A stretch of 64,000 nt of DNA from Candidatus Latescibacterota bacterium (GTDB lineage: Bacteria; Latescibacterota; UBA2968; UBA8231), in assembly GCA_965208105.1 (NCBI GenBank), contig OZ242318.1, positions 3,744,001-3,808,000 of the forward strand, given 5' to 3'. This document shows, piece after piece, positions 40,708 to 51,539 of this stretch (position 1 is its first letter; every line of letters starts with the position of its first letter). Below the pieces are notes generated by a model. The model did not search any database, was not told the origin of the DNA, and saw only the letters and a list, made by a program, of their open reading frames with translations. A program made the position numbers and the translations under genes.

Positions 40708-41710
40708 GTAACCGTTCAGTTCTCTGGCGGGGGCGCCAGGAAAGACTACGAAATCTGGTTGGGCAGCAACGAGGGTGCTGGTTGGTTCCGCAAAGGGGCG
40801 TAACAGGCCAGCGTGAGAAAGTCGAGGACGTTGCGCTGCTGCTGACGCAGGGTGTCCCGCACTGTGAGCAGGCGCTCTGCGAAACGGCTGCCCTCGGCAC
40901 TGTGGCTGCCGAAGCTGGTGTGGCGCCACAACACGCCATGGCGAAGGGCTCGTTCGGCGTCGTTGTTCGTCGGCTCCACACCGTCCCGGTGGAAGAAGGT
41001 CCACAGGGCCGGCTCGAGGTCGAGGAAATTGCCGCAGGTGGCCGCCGTATGGGCGTCGGCGAACTGCTGTCCATGGCACAGGCGAAAACGAACCCGATGG
41101 CGCAGATCGCTGACATAGACTCGAAAGCTGGAGCGTTGCAGGGTACCATCGCGGATGCGTTGCCACCAGGTAAACAGCTTCTCGCTACAGTCCAACAGCT
41201 CCTGGCCGACCCAGGCGGCGTCTCCTTTTCGGGCCACAAAGTCCTCAAAGGTGCGCTGCAGATGTGCCCAACACACTAGGCGACGTCGAGGCGGCAAATG
41301 CCCGTAGACCGAAAATCGATCCGAGCCGATGATCGCCGTGCTGTCGTCGCCGAGCATCTCATCAACCACCTCCCGACCGCGACGGGTGCGAATCGCGAAC
41401 ACCGAAACGCCCTCTGTCACCACCGTCCACAACCACGCCTTGGCGCGGCGCTCCCGTCAGCTCGTCTCGTCCATATTGACCATGGCCTGTTGGCGAACGA
41501 AGGCCCGGGCCTCTGCCACCGGCTGGACCAGCGCTTCGGATACCTCTTGCTCCAGTTGGCTGATCGTACCCAGCGACACCTCCAGGCCGAACGCGTCGCA
41601 CAACAGCGCCCGGATGTTGCGCTTGCTCAAGCGGTAGGCGCCGGCCAACCCAAGCCTGCACGCTGGGACCGAAGGTGCGCCGCGACACCCCCTGCGGCCA
41701 GTCGGCCTCT
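40708..41710 (-). mobile_element. IS66-family remnant (TnpC pseudogene plus right end)
   Basis: DETS*RE..WLW, SDRFSVY, CWAHL, EPTNNDAERALR; in-frame TGA at 41457-41459; frameshift near 41645; terminal GTAACCGTTCA at 40708. Confidence 0.88.
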
Positions 41711-41945
41711 CCTGGGCTACGCGAGTCACTTCCACGTGCGCGGCGGGCGCAAGGGCAGGCTCCAGACCCGCTTCGGCGCCAACGTCATCGACTACGAGCG
41801 GATCATCACCCAGCTGGGCAAGCGCAAGTACCGCGGTTGGATCGGATTGGAGTATGTTTGGCAGGATTGGGAGCGGTGCAAGGAATGCGACAATCTTTGC
41901 GAGACGATTCTTTTTCGCGATTTCTTCCGCAAACTGGCCGCCTGA
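41705..41945 (+). pseudogene. 3' fragment of a sugar-phosphate isomerase/epimerase (TIM barrel)
   Basis: ASHFHVRG...VIDYERII..L....YRGWIGLEYVW; 5' part replaced by IS66 DNA. Confidence 0.65.
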
Positions 41946-42036
41946 ACGAAACGCCGCGCTCTCTGCGCCGACTCGACAACCAGCCGTAGCCGCTCCCCAA
42001 GCCGACTGGAGTTCCCTTGGGCGATGCCCCAGGTCG

Positions 42037-42138
42037 TCACTCCGCAGTGGCCGCGCGTTCCCCTTCGGTCGCCAGCGCGAGCTCCTCGGGCAGCAGGGAC
42101 TCCCACGCCCCGTCGTCCATCGCCAGGAAGCCGGACAT
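42037..42138 (-). CDS. Putative 33-aa peptide MSGFLAMDDGAWESLLPEELALATEGERAATAE
   Basis: AGGTAGGA RBS-like sequence, GC3-rich codons, divergent from the ABC exporter. Confidence 0.35.
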   Translation of the reverse strand: MSGFLAMDDGAWESLLPEELALATEGERAATAE

Positions 42139-42383
42139 ATTCCTACCTAACTAATTGTTTTTAAAAGTCTTGAGATCGAAAAAATCAGAAGGGTACCGCG
42201 GCTCGACGTAGCTTTCTTGACCGATAATCTCTATATTTATCAAGTAGTTATCAGCATCCCCGTGGCCCCCCGGCCCTCCTGCTCGCAAACGTATTATTTA
42301 CATCAAGTTAGTCGTATGTGGTTGCGGTCTCAATGACCATCCAACCCCGGCCGCCGTTCTCCTAGGCCCGAAAGGACGCCGTC

Positions 42384-44381
42384 ATGACGGGAGGAGCCGC
42401 ATCGGATAGAATGCTGGAATACCGTTTGGCCACCGAGGAGAAGAAGCGGCTGAGGGGCCATCAACTGGTTTGGTTCATGTTGAAGCGCGGCGCGGTCAGC
42501 CTGCACTGGTACTGCACCGCCATTCTCGTCGCGCTCGTGAGTGTGGGCATCGAATTCCTGCGGCCCATCCCCGGCGCGATCATCATCGGCAGCATTCTGC
42601 CGCTGGTGGTGGACTTGCAGGAAAGCAGTTATGCGTTAATCACCCTATGCCTGGTCTGGGCCCTCCTCGAAGTAATTAGGGTGATCGTGGTAATGGTCTA
42701 CCAGTATCTGTCTACCGAAGGGTCGTTCAACCTGATGTACGACCTGCGTCGGCGCTTTCTGGGCGATATGGAGGAGATGAACGAAGAATCGAAGCAATCG
42801 CTCGGGCTCGGCCGGCTCTACACCACCTACAGCAGCGACCTGCCCGCCTACGGCCAGTTCTACAGAGATTTTCTCCCCGGCCTCATCACCAACCTCATCA
42901 ACATCGTCGCCACTTTCGGGGTGATCTACTTCATGTCGCCGGCGATTTTCACCTTGCTGCTTCTGGTAATACCGCTGCAGGCGTTTGTCATGTCGTTCTT
43001 TCGGTCCCGCATTCGCAGCAACCGGCGGAAACACAGTCAGCTGCGGGATACGGCGATGTCCATGTTCAACGAATCGCTGGAGAATGCGGACTTGATCAAG
43101 TCGTTCGACGCGGTCGAACGCATGAGCGGACGAACGCTGAGCACGGTAGAGGGGATGATCGCCCAGCAACGGAAGAATCGAAACTACCGGAATGCCTGGA
43201 TAGCCTGCAGCAACGCCGTGTCGATAACGTTTACGATCGGTGTCGCCCTCATAGCCGGTTTACAGGTGATCGAAGGGGCGATTTCCCTGACCTTCTACAT
43301 CGTGATCAACGTCTACGCTCAGCGGGTGCTCAGGCCGATCATGGCCGTAATACAGTCGTGGCAGGATATCATCCCGCTGATGGTGAGCGTGCAGTGGAGC
43401 GAGGAGTTCTTCGCTGCGGCCGAAGGCGTCCAGCGGCGGGCGCGCCCCAGACAGATCCCGATAACGAGTCACAAAATCGAATTCGAGAACGTCACCTTTC
43501 GCTACCCGGGCACGCCCGATTCCGCCCGACCCGCACTGGACGGAATCTCCTTTCGCGTGCCCCCCGGCCAAATGACCGTACTGTGCGGAGCCAGCGGCTG
43601 TGGCAAATCGACGGTGTTGAAGTTGCTGAGGGGCCACCTGGAGACCGCCGAAGGCGCGGTGCTGCTGGGGGGGAACGACGTGCGCGAAATAGACCGCAAG
43701 AATCTCTCTCTGCTGATGGCCTATCTGTCCCAGAAAATCTCCTTGCTGTCCATGTCCATCCTGCAGAACGCCGAGCTGCTCTCCCCAAAATCGAGCGAAG
43801 AAGATCTGCAAAAGGCGCTGCGCATGACCAAGGTACTGGACGAGATCGAGGCCATGGAACAGGAAGTCCGGGTTACCACCAGCGATGTCCGCAGCGGCCC
43901 TTTCCAACGGGTGGGGCGCGCGCTGTTCGGCTTCGAGCCGCGACGAGTCGACCTCATGGAACGCCGCGAGGGATTGGACCGGACGGCCGGTCTTTCGGGG
44001 AATCTCTCCGGTGGACAGCAACAGCGGGTGAGCATCGGATTTTCGCTGCTGACCCGTTGCCCCATCCTGCTGTTCGACGAACCGACCACCGGTCTGGACA
44101 AGTTCTCCGAAAACGAACTGGTGGACACCATCGCCGGGCTCGCCGCGCGGGACCGCACCGTGGTGGTGGTGGCGCATACCCTGGCGCCGTACTTTGCCCT
44201 GCCCGACGACAAGGTTTTTTTCGTGTTCTTGCACAACGGGCGTCTCATCGGCGCCGGCCAGCGGCGGGAGCTGTTGAGAAGTTGTCCCGAATTCGGCGCC
44301 CTGGCCCGGGAAAACGTGCGTCACGTCCTGGCGCTGCAACGTGCCGACCTGGAACTCATGCGCCTGGCGGGAGATCGGTGA
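42384..44381 (+). CDS. ABC exporter, fused TMD-NBD (type I secretion/peptide export type)
   Basis: About 6 TM helices; GASGCGKS, LSGGQQQR, LLFDEPT, VAH. Confidence 0.9.
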   Translation: MTGGAASDRMLEYRLATEEKKRLRGHQLVWFMLKRGAVSLHWYCTAILVALVSVGIEFLRPIPGAIIIGSILPLVVDLQESSYALITLCLVWALLEVIRVIVVMVYQYLSTEGSFNLMYDLRRRFLGDMEEMNEESKQSLGLGRLYTTYSSDLPAYGQFYRDFLPGLITNLINIVATFGVIYFMSPAIFTLLLLVIPLQAFVMSFFRSRIRSNRRKHSQLRDTAMSMFNESLENADLIKSFDAVERMSGRTLSTVEGMIAQQRKNRNYRNAWIACSNAVSITFTIGVALIAGLQVIEGAISLTFYIVINVYAQRVLRPIMAVIQSWQDIIPLMVSVQWSEEFFAAAEGVQRRARPRQIPITSHKIEFENVTFRYPGTPDSARPALDGISFRVPPGQMTVLCGASGCGKSTVLKLLRGHLETAEGAVLLGGNDVREIDRKNLSLLMAYLSQKISLLSMSILQNAELLSPKSSEEDLQKALRMTKVLDEIEAMEQEVRVTTSDVRSGPFQRVGRALFGFEPRRVDLMERREGLDRTAGLSGNLSGGQQQRVSIGFSLLTRCPILLFDEPTTGLDKFSENELVDTIAGLAARDRTVVVVAHTLAPYFALPDDKVFFVFLHNGRLIGAGQRRELLRSCPEFGALARENVRHVLALQRADLELMRLAGDR

Positions 44382-45952
44382 TGAACGAGATCCGGGTACT
44401 GGCCAAATCGGCCGAAGAGGCGATCGTCAAGATTCGCGATCGCGCCTTCCTCGTCCAACGGGGCAACCGCTACCTCCTGGTGCGCCGCACTTTCTGGTGG
44501 GTGGTTTGGGTGCTCGTCTGCCTCGGCATCGCCCTGACGGGGGGTCGACCGCTGCTGGCGTTGGCGCTGCTGGCCACTCCGCTGGCTTTCCGGTATCTGG
44601 GCAGACTGCTGAAATCGGCCTTCGGGCTGTTGCTGTTGGCGGCGATCGTCGCCTTTGCGGTCTACCAAGTCGTGGCTCTGGTGCCGAAGATCAGCCGATT
44701 CCTGGAAGGCACGACCTACAAATTCATATCCGGAGAGGGGGCCCGGATCATACCCCATTCCGGCGACCTGGTGCGGCTTTACGCGCAGGACGACTTCTTC
44801 ATCGGGGCGCGGCTGAAATCGGAGGGGGAGACGGTCTATCCCGGAGAGCGCCTGCTCATCGCCGATTTCGCCAAGGAAGTGATGGAACTCGCACAACGGC
44901 AGGAGGAAGTGCGGCCACGAGAAGCGTATGTGGACCTGCTGCTTTCGCAGCACCTGAACAAGCGACGGGATATCCGCACCGACCTCGAGGTTCGGGGACT
45001 GGAGCGCAAACAGGTGGGATTCGAAAAGGAGCAGTTCGAACGCCAGGCTCCCGGGGGAGAATCAACCCTGGAGGCGTATCGTAAGCTGCTCGATCGCGGA
45101 CTGATCTCGAAACGGGAATTTCGCGAAGTCGAACAGGAGTACGAACGCCTGAAGACCACCTACGAGCAACTTGGCCTGGAGGAACGCCAACTGAGCGCCG
45201 AGCTTGGAGACAGCGAGGCGGGCAATGTGCTGGAACAGGAATACCGTTACGAGAAAGCGCAAACGGATTTTCTCAAGTTTCGCACCCAATCGCAGCGGGA
45301 GTGGCTGACGAACTTGGCGTACGTGGCGGCGCCGGGTCGGTCCCCGGACCGTTCCAGCGCGGGTCGGGTATTGGACGCCAACCCGGGCGGGGTGGCGCGG
45401 GCCGGGGAGGAGGGTGGCGGACTCGCCGAGGCATCAAGGGAACCGGGGTGGAGCCATGGAGAGCTGATCTACCTGGCCGGTTCCCGCTCGAGCTCGCAGG
45501 TCAAGCGCGGAGAGCTCGTCGCCGAGATATGGGTGGGAGAACGGCGCAAGCGGATCGGCCTCGAACTTCCCCGGGGCAAAATGGTCGGTATTGAGATCGG
45601 TTCACCGGTGAACTTCATGCTGGACGAGGAGGTGGGGGACTTCGACACGGTGGTGTACGGCCGCGTGAAAAAGATACGGTCCGGTTCGGGGTCGAGCTTT
45701 TGGATCGAAGCCGGCTCCTTGACCGTAGCGCCCGACGACAAGACGCTGGATGATTTCCCCGTGGGACTGGCGGGCAATTACCGTATCGGCCTCCACCCGA
45801 TCAGCCACAGGGAAAAGTACCTCAAGATCAAAGACGAGGCGCAGTCGCTTGGGGCGATGTGGGATTCTCTGCGCGAGTACCTCAGTCGCTACCTGCAAAG
45901 GGAAGCGGGGGAAGACTTCATCGCCACGCCGCCGCCGCGTGGGAACGATTGA
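44381..45952 (+). CDS. HlyD-like membrane fusion protein with extra N-terminal TM segments
   Basis: TGATG coupling to the ABC gene; EGETVYPGERL, coiled coil with LLDRGLISKREF, VKRGELVAEI, GRVKKI. Confidence 0.72.
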   Translation: MNEIRVLAKSAEEAIVKIRDRAFLVQRGNRYLLVRRTFWWVVWVLVCLGIALTGGRPLLALALLATPLAFRYLGRLLKSAFGLLLLAAIVAFAVYQVVALVPKISRFLEGTTYKFISGEGARIIPHSGDLVRLYAQDDFFIGARLKSEGETVYPGERLLIADFAKEVMELAQRQEEVRPREAYVDLLLSQHLNKRRDIRTDLEVRGLERKQVGFEKEQFERQAPGGESTLEAYRKLLDRGLISKREFREVEQEYERLKTTYEQLGLEERQLSAELGDSEAGNVLEQEYRYEKAQTDFLKFRTQSQREWLTNLAYVAAPGRSPDRSSAGRVLDANPGGVARAGEEGGGLAEASREPGWSHGELIYLAGSRSSSQVKRGELVAEIWVGERRKRIGLELPRGKMVGIEIGSPVNFMLDEEVGDFDTVVYGRVKKIRSGSGSSFWIEAGSLTVAPDDKTLDDFPVGLAGNYRIGLHPISHREKYLKIKDEAQSLGAMWDSLREYLSRYLQREAGEDFIATPPPRGND

Positions 45953-46034
45953 AAATATCCTTGGAATGGGGAGAGAAAGCGTTATACTTTAGGTTTCTTT
46001 CCCCAAAATCCCGGGGTGATTTGAAAGGAACGAA

Positions 46035-46304
46035 ATGTCCAGATTGACCGCGCGCATTCGCATCGTCCGCATGCATGGTGGCGTATACAAGGTGGAAAAG
46101 ATCAAGGTGAGCGACGACCACGGAGACCGCGTCGACGTGTTCAACGTGCCGATCAAAGAGGATCTTGAGTTCTCCACAAAGAACCAAGCGCGGGAACGCG
46201 GAGCCGAGCTTGCCCACGCATTTATCACGAGTAATTACTCCGAAGGTGCTCGCTACCAGATTCAGTGGAAAACGAGGGTAGAGATACGTCGGGAGGTCGG
46301 TTGA
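46035..46304 (+). CDS. Small hypothetical protein (89 aa)
   Basis: RBS AAAGGA; possible promoter TTGGAA-16-TATACT (45961-45988). Confidence 0.65.
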   Translation: MSRLTARIRIVRMHGGVYKVEKIKVSDDHGDRVDVFNVPIKEDLEFSTKNQARERGAELAHAFITSNYSEGARYQIQWKTRVEIRREVG

Positions 46305-46733
46305 GAAAACGCTGGGTCAATAAGAGCTACCGGTTCAAGAGACCAATCCCAGGATGGCGCCCCCGTCCACCGCGCTGAGGTCCCCCATAAACTCCCTGTG
46401 CCACCCGCGCAGCATGCGCCGGCTTACCGCCTGTTCCCCCCGTTAAACAGATCCTTCAGTTCCGCCCGCGAGGTGCCAGCTGCGGGTCGATGCCCAGGAC
46501 AGCTCCCCGTCGACGCACGTAATCGAGCAGGGCATCGATATGCCGCACCGAAATGAGTGCCGTAGCCTGATAGGAAGGAACTTCACGCTGCAATCACTTT
46601 TGCAGATATCTCAGGACCTGACCTATGTAAGTATTTGATGTACATGTCGTGAAACTTCCTTGAAGGTGACATCTGTGTATTGCGATTGGTCGTCTTGTGT
46701 TCCATGATGGCATACAACTCGGGAGCAGGTCAC

Positions 46734-49467
46734 CTACGCGCTGTAGAACGCAGCCGGCTCCCTGACCACACCAGCATCGAAACTGGACTGCGTCGCGTAG
46801 GGACCCCGCAGGTAGATCGATTCTTCTTTGGGGGTTCCGTGTTTAACGCAGACGAGACCGATCGAGTACTGAGGGTGCACCTCCGGGAATACCCATTGGC
46901 GATTGTTGACCAGCATGGTCACATCCACCCGTTCCGCATCGTCGAATCCGGGGCGGTCGCGGAGGAACACCTCGGGAAAAGCCACCGGGAAGTGCAGAGC
47001 ATGGAGACTGCCAAGCTCCTGCTGCGCGATCCGTGCCGCCTCCGATTCGTCGGCCTTTTCCGCAATCTGCTTCCAATCCTCGAAGGAGGATTGAGTCATC
47101 TCTTGATCCTCGGAGATGGGTTGGGCGGCAATCAAATCGCAGAGCGTTGCGGTGCTGCGGATTGCCGAGTGGGCATCTCGCGTTGCTTGGCGGGCGGCGG
47201 CGATGTCCTGCAACGACGTATCGTTGATATTGGCGAGCCGCCTCAGGGGAGCAGCCGCGCGGCCGAGCAAGCTCTCAGCATCGATTAGAAATAGAGGCCA
47301 GGAGCGTTTTTCGAATTCCTTTTTGATCTCGTCGAGGGTGCCGACGCCGACCAGGGAGTTGCCGTGAACCAGGTTGTGATCCAGAAAGGAGAGCGGGAGG
47401 CCGGGCACGAAGGTGTGGATCCACACTGCAAGGCGAGCGAGCTGGACCGACAGGTTGTTGAGATCGACACCGTAAATGCAGCGTCGGGCGATCAAACGGC
47501 GCAACAACTGGCCGTCCTCGATCGTGGTGTTCTCCCCAAGATCCCCCAATTCTCCCAAGGCGGCGGCGCGAAGATGCGCCAGTTCCCGGCGCACCCCCGG
47601 CAGGTTCCACGCGGCGAGATAGTCGGCCATGCGTTTTTCGATGTGGTCGATGGCGCCGATCAGAAAGTGGCCCGAGCCCATGGCGATATCGGCCACTCGG
47701 AAGTCGAAGAAGGCCCAGGCCGCATCCGCATCATCCATGCCGTCGAGGCGCGCGAAGTGGTCGCTCAACGCGGGCTCCAGCGCGCCGTTCAACAGGTGCT
47801 CCACGGCGAACCGCTTGGTGTAGTAGCTGCCCGACGACTTGCGCTCGCCTGAGCGGTTTTGCAGGTAGGTCTCGCCTGCCGACACGCTGGGATCCTCTCC
47901 CCGGCGCGCCGGGGCGTACACCAACTCACCCTTCTGCATTCTGAGGACGAGGTCGGACTCGGCCACCGCCAGCTCGGATTCCAAAAGTCCCTCGTAGATG
48001 GTACCGAACTCGCGCACCCCGAGGGAGCGAAAATCGACCGGTCCGGCGACCCCTTCCGGTGTCTCGATGACTAGAAGTTGGCGGAGGGCGTTCTCGAAGC
48101 AATGGTTGGGCAAGGTGATGGCAGCCAGTTCGGCGCCGGTCCCCGAAGCTGCGGCTTCACTCTCGAACAATCCGCCGTCATAAGCCGGGACTCCCCACTC
48201 GGCATTTCCCCGGGCCACCGCCTGCCAGAGCAACGCGGTTTCCTGCCAGTGGGAATCCCCCTCGGCGATGGAAGTATCCCGGGCGACGGCATCGGCCAGT
48301 TCCTGCGCCTTCTGCTTCAAAGAGCGGCGGCGGTTGGCGTCGTTGTAGCGATAGGGCAGAAGATCGCGATCTTCCGCATAGGCGATGAACAACAGCCGGA
48401 ACAGGACGGTCAGCGCCATTTCGTAGGCGCGCCAAGTCCTGGGATTCGGTCGATCGATGCCGTGCGGCGGCGGCGATACCACGGGCGAGTTCGGGGACCA
48501 CATGGTCGTAAATCCGTTCCCGCAAGCGTTCGGCCAGGTTTCCGGCAAAGCGCTGCGATCCCTCCAGGATTTGCTCTAAGCTGCCGTCTGGAGCCAGGGC
48601 CTCGGCAGAGTAGAGCAGCCAGAGATAGGGGATATGCTCTTCAGTAAGCAACGAAGGCTGGCACTCGATGTAAGTCTCGGTGCGACCACGGTGCCCAACC
48701 CCGGCATCGACACCAGTGGCATAGAGGCGGAGCCGGTTGCCCTGGGTAAGGACGACCCAGGGAAGGTTTTCGTCGTCGGCTTTCTTGAAGGCGTAGCTGA
48801 TGGGAGAAAGGCTGTTGAAGCGGGCAGACCCGGCTTCCGCGGACTCGCTTTCGCGCAGCATGACCGCGAGCGCAGTGCGGCGTTCACCGCTGCGCAGGAG
48901 GTTGGTCAGGTTGTCGAGGGGCTCGACGGAAAAGCCGAGTGCATCCAGCAGCTTTCCTTCTCGCTTGCTCAGCACTCCAGCTGCCTTGCGTTTCGCCTCG
49001 GCCCAGTCGGGACGCTGAGGTACCGCCCGCTCGAGTTCGTGAAGCGCCAGCAACCCCTCGTTGTTGAGGCCGGGCAGCGCCGTTTCCAGCGATGGCAGGG
49101 CTTGGGCAAGTAGTCGAAGGGCCGCGTGGCGGTCGGGCTGAGCGAGCACCTCGCGGCAGAGGCGCTCCACTTGCCCCGGTTCCATGTCGGTGTAGACCGG
49201 CGGCGATTCCCCTGAGGGGCCGCAGAGCGACGCTTTCTCTGGGCGCAGAACGACCAGGAGCACCGGTGCGGCGCGCCGTCCTTTTCTCGACTTCCAGCAA
49301 TTGACCAGGATTGTTCGGCCAGGTTTCCGGGAAGCCGTTGCGACGGCGACTTCGATTGCACTCGTCCCTTCGCCGACGAACAGGCCGGCCGGTTGAAAAC
49401 CATGGTACGCATCAGGAGACCATGGTCGTGGCAGGAGGTCGGGAAGGAATTTGGCTACGTTCGACAT
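46734..49467 (-). pseudogene. Type IIG/Eco57I-like fused restriction-modification gene; frameshifted, internally deleted, truncated
   Basis: LFRLLFIAYAEDR, FGTIYEGLL, RKSSGSYYT, DIAMGSGHFL, IYGVDLN; frameshift ~48425-48475; catalytic NPP(Y/W) missing after PGFD (~46940). Confidence 0.8.
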
Positions 49468-49498
49468 AATCTCATCTTAGGACTGTGATATCAAGGCG

Positions 49499-51277
49499 TC
49501 AAGAACTGTCTCGATGTAAACGGATCCCTAAATGCAGCTCCCGCAACTGCTCGGGAGACACCTCGCCCGGGGCTCCCATGAGCAGGTCCTGGCCGTTCTG
49601 GTTCATCGGGAAGGCGATCACCTCCCGGATGTTGGGTTCGTCGGATAGCAGCATGAGGATGCGGTCGATGCCGGGGGCGATGCCGCCGTGGGGCGGAGCG
49701 CCGTAGCGCAGGGCGCGGATCATGCCCCCGAACCGGCGCTCCACTTCTTTCCGCGAATACCCGGCTATCTCGAACGCCTTGTACATGATGTCCGGTCTGT
49801 GGTTGCGGATGGCGCCGCTCGACAGCTCGAGGCCATTGCAGACGATGTCGTACTGACATGCCTTGATCTCCAGCGGCAGCCGGGTCTCCAGTGCAGCCAT
49901 GCCGCCCCGGGGCATGGAGAACGGGTTGTGGGAGAAGGCGACGCGGGCGCGTTTTTCGTCCCATTCGTACATGGGGAAATCCACGACCCAGCAGAACTCG
50001 TAGCGGCCCTCCCGCCGCAGGCCGAGCCGGTCCGCCAGGTGCAGGCGCAATCTTCCCGCCAGGAGGGCTGCCTCGTCTAACCGCCCGGCGATGAAGAAGA
50101 TGGCCGAACCGGGAGCGGCTGCGCACTTGTCGATGATGCGCTCGCGGCTGCTTCGCTCCAGGGCCGCGGCGATGGGACCTGAGGCGCCCTGCGCCCCGTT
50201 GACGAGGTAAGCCAGACCCTGGCCTCCCGCTTCTTTGACGAACGCCTCGAGGCTGTCGTAGAACGAACGCGGCCGCTCCTCCATTTCGGGGACGCACAGG
50301 GCGCGGACGGCCCCTCCTGTTGCCACCGACTCCCTGAACAGCCTGAACGAAGAGTCCGCGAAGACCCCGGAGAGGTCCTGGATTTCGAGCCCGAAGCGCA
50401 GGTCCGGTTTGTCCGTGCCGAAGCGCAGCATGGCCTCGGCGTGGGAGATACGCGGAAACGGCGGCGCGGTCACTTCCCAGCCGCTGAACTCCCGGAAGAG
50501 GCTGGAAAAGAGCTCCTCGATCACGGCGAAGACGTCCTCCTGCTTGACGAAGGCCATCTCCAGGTCGAGCTGGTAGAATTCGCCGGGGGAGCGGTCGGCG
50601 CGGGCGTCCTCGTCGCGGAAGCAGGGCGCGATCTGGAAGTAGCGGTCGAAGCCGGAAACCATCAACATCTGCTTGAACTGCTGCGGCGCCTGCGGCAGGG
50701 CGTAGAAGCGGCCGGGGTAGCTCCGGCTCGGCACCAGGTAGTCGCGCGCGCCCTCGGGGGAGCTGCTGGTGAGGATGGGGGTCTGGAACTCTGCGAAGCC
50801 CATCTCGGTCAAGCGCCGCCTGATACTGGCGATCACCTCCGACCTGAGCTGGATGCGCCGGTGCAGCCCGGCCCGGCGCAGGTCGAGGAAGCGATAGGAC
50901 AAGCGGATGCTCTCCCCCACCTCCGACTCATCCGCCACGGGAAAAGGAAGGGGATCGGCCGCCGAGAGCACCTCCAATCCGCGGACGGCTATTTCGATCT
51001 CTCCGGTATTCATCGCCCTGTTGATGGTCTCGGGCGTCCGCTCGCGAACCTCGCCATCGACGCGGACCACGGACTCCCGGGTCACCTTTGCCGCGGCTGC
51101 CGCCGAGTCGTTATCCGGCGCGACCACCAGTTGGGTGATGCCGTAGTGGTCGCGCAGGTCCAGGAACAGTACGCCCCCGTGGTCCCTCTTGCGGTGTATC
51201 CAGCCGCTCAGGCGAATGGTCTGGCCTGCGTGGCGCTCGCGCAGCTCGCCGCAGGTGTGGGTGCGATAGGGGTGCAT
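49499..51277 (-). CDS. aspS: Aspartate-tRNA ligase, probably non-discriminating (Asp/Asn)
   Basis: [48 protein letters not shown]; RBS GGAGG. His in RDHGG is typical of non-discriminating enzymes. Confidence 0.97.
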   Translation of the reverse strand: MHPYRTHTCGELRERHAGQTIRLSGWIHRKRDHGGVLFLDLRDHYGITQLVVAPDNDSAAAAAKVTRESVVRVDGEVRERTPETINRAMNTGEIEIAVRGLEVLSAADPLPFPVADESEVGESIRLSYRFLDLRRAGLHRRIQLRSEVIASIRRRLTEMGFAEFQTPILTSSSPEGARDYLVPSRSYPGRFYALPQAPQQFKQMLMVSGFDRYFQIAPCFRDEDARADRSPGEFYQLDLEMAFVKQEDVFAVIEELFSSLFREFSGWEVTAPPFPRISHAEAMLRFGTDKPDLRFGLEIQDLSGVFADSSFRLFRESVATGGAVRALCVPEMEERPRSFYDSLEAFVKEAGGQGLAYLVNGAQGASGPIAAALERSSRERIIDKCAAAPGSAIFFIAGRLDEAALLAGRLRLHLADRLGLRREGRYEFCWVVDFPMYEWDEKRARVAFSHNPFSMPRGGMAALETRLPLEIKACQYDIVCNGLELSSGAIRNHRPDIMYKAFEIAGYSRKEVERRFGGMIRALRYGAPPHGGIAPGIDRILMLLSDEPNIREVIAFPMNQNGQDLLMGAPGEVSPEQLRELHLGIRLHRDSS

Positions 51278-51305
51278 GGCAGCCTCCAGGTTTCGGTTGT
51301 ACATG

Positions 51306-51343
51306 AAAAAACCCGCCGTCGGCGCGGGGCTCGACAGCGGGTT
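51306..51343 (-). terminator. Attenuator terminator 2 (aspS leader)
   Basis: AACCCGCTGTCG-10 nt-CGACGGCGGGTT followed by a T-run, 28 nt before the aspS ATG. Confidence 0.85.
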
Positions 51344-51363
51344 GGGGTGAGGGTGCATTCTGA

Positions 51364-51456
51364 TCACGGCCAACGCCATCGAGCCCGGATGGCGGGGTTA
51401 TTGTTGCTGTCGCTATTGGAAAAGGCGTGTGCCGCGTGCTTGTGCCGTGATGTCAT
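51364..51456 (-). CDS. Leader peptide 2: [30 protein letters not shown]
   Basis: GGAG RBS; NSDSNNN cluster; 3' part complementary to the 5' arm of terminator 2. Confidence 0.78.
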   Translation of the reverse strand: MTSRHKHAAHAFSNSDSNNNPAIRARWRWP

Positions 51457-51468
51457 TTCAAAATCTCC

Positions 51469-51509
51469 AAAAACAAAAACCCGCCGCGATGCGTGTTCGC
51501 GACGGGTTT
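51469..51509 (-). terminator. Attenuator terminator 1 (aspS leader)
   Basis: AAACCCGTCGCGA-7 nt-TCGCGGCGGGTTT followed by TTGTTTTT. Confidence 0.85.
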
Positions 51510-51539
51510 GGGATTTTCAGATTCGCTCGGAGTCAGTCG

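Noticed and set aside
41457-41459. TGA at an expected Trp position as evidence of genetic code 4/25 or selenocysteine
   Set aside because: It lies in a frameshifted IS66 remnant, and TGA is the normal stop for ilvD, aspS and others.
43358-44380. N-terminal extension of the 864-aa ORF
   Set aside because: It overlaps the ABC gene out of frame; the true start is the coupled ATG at 44381.
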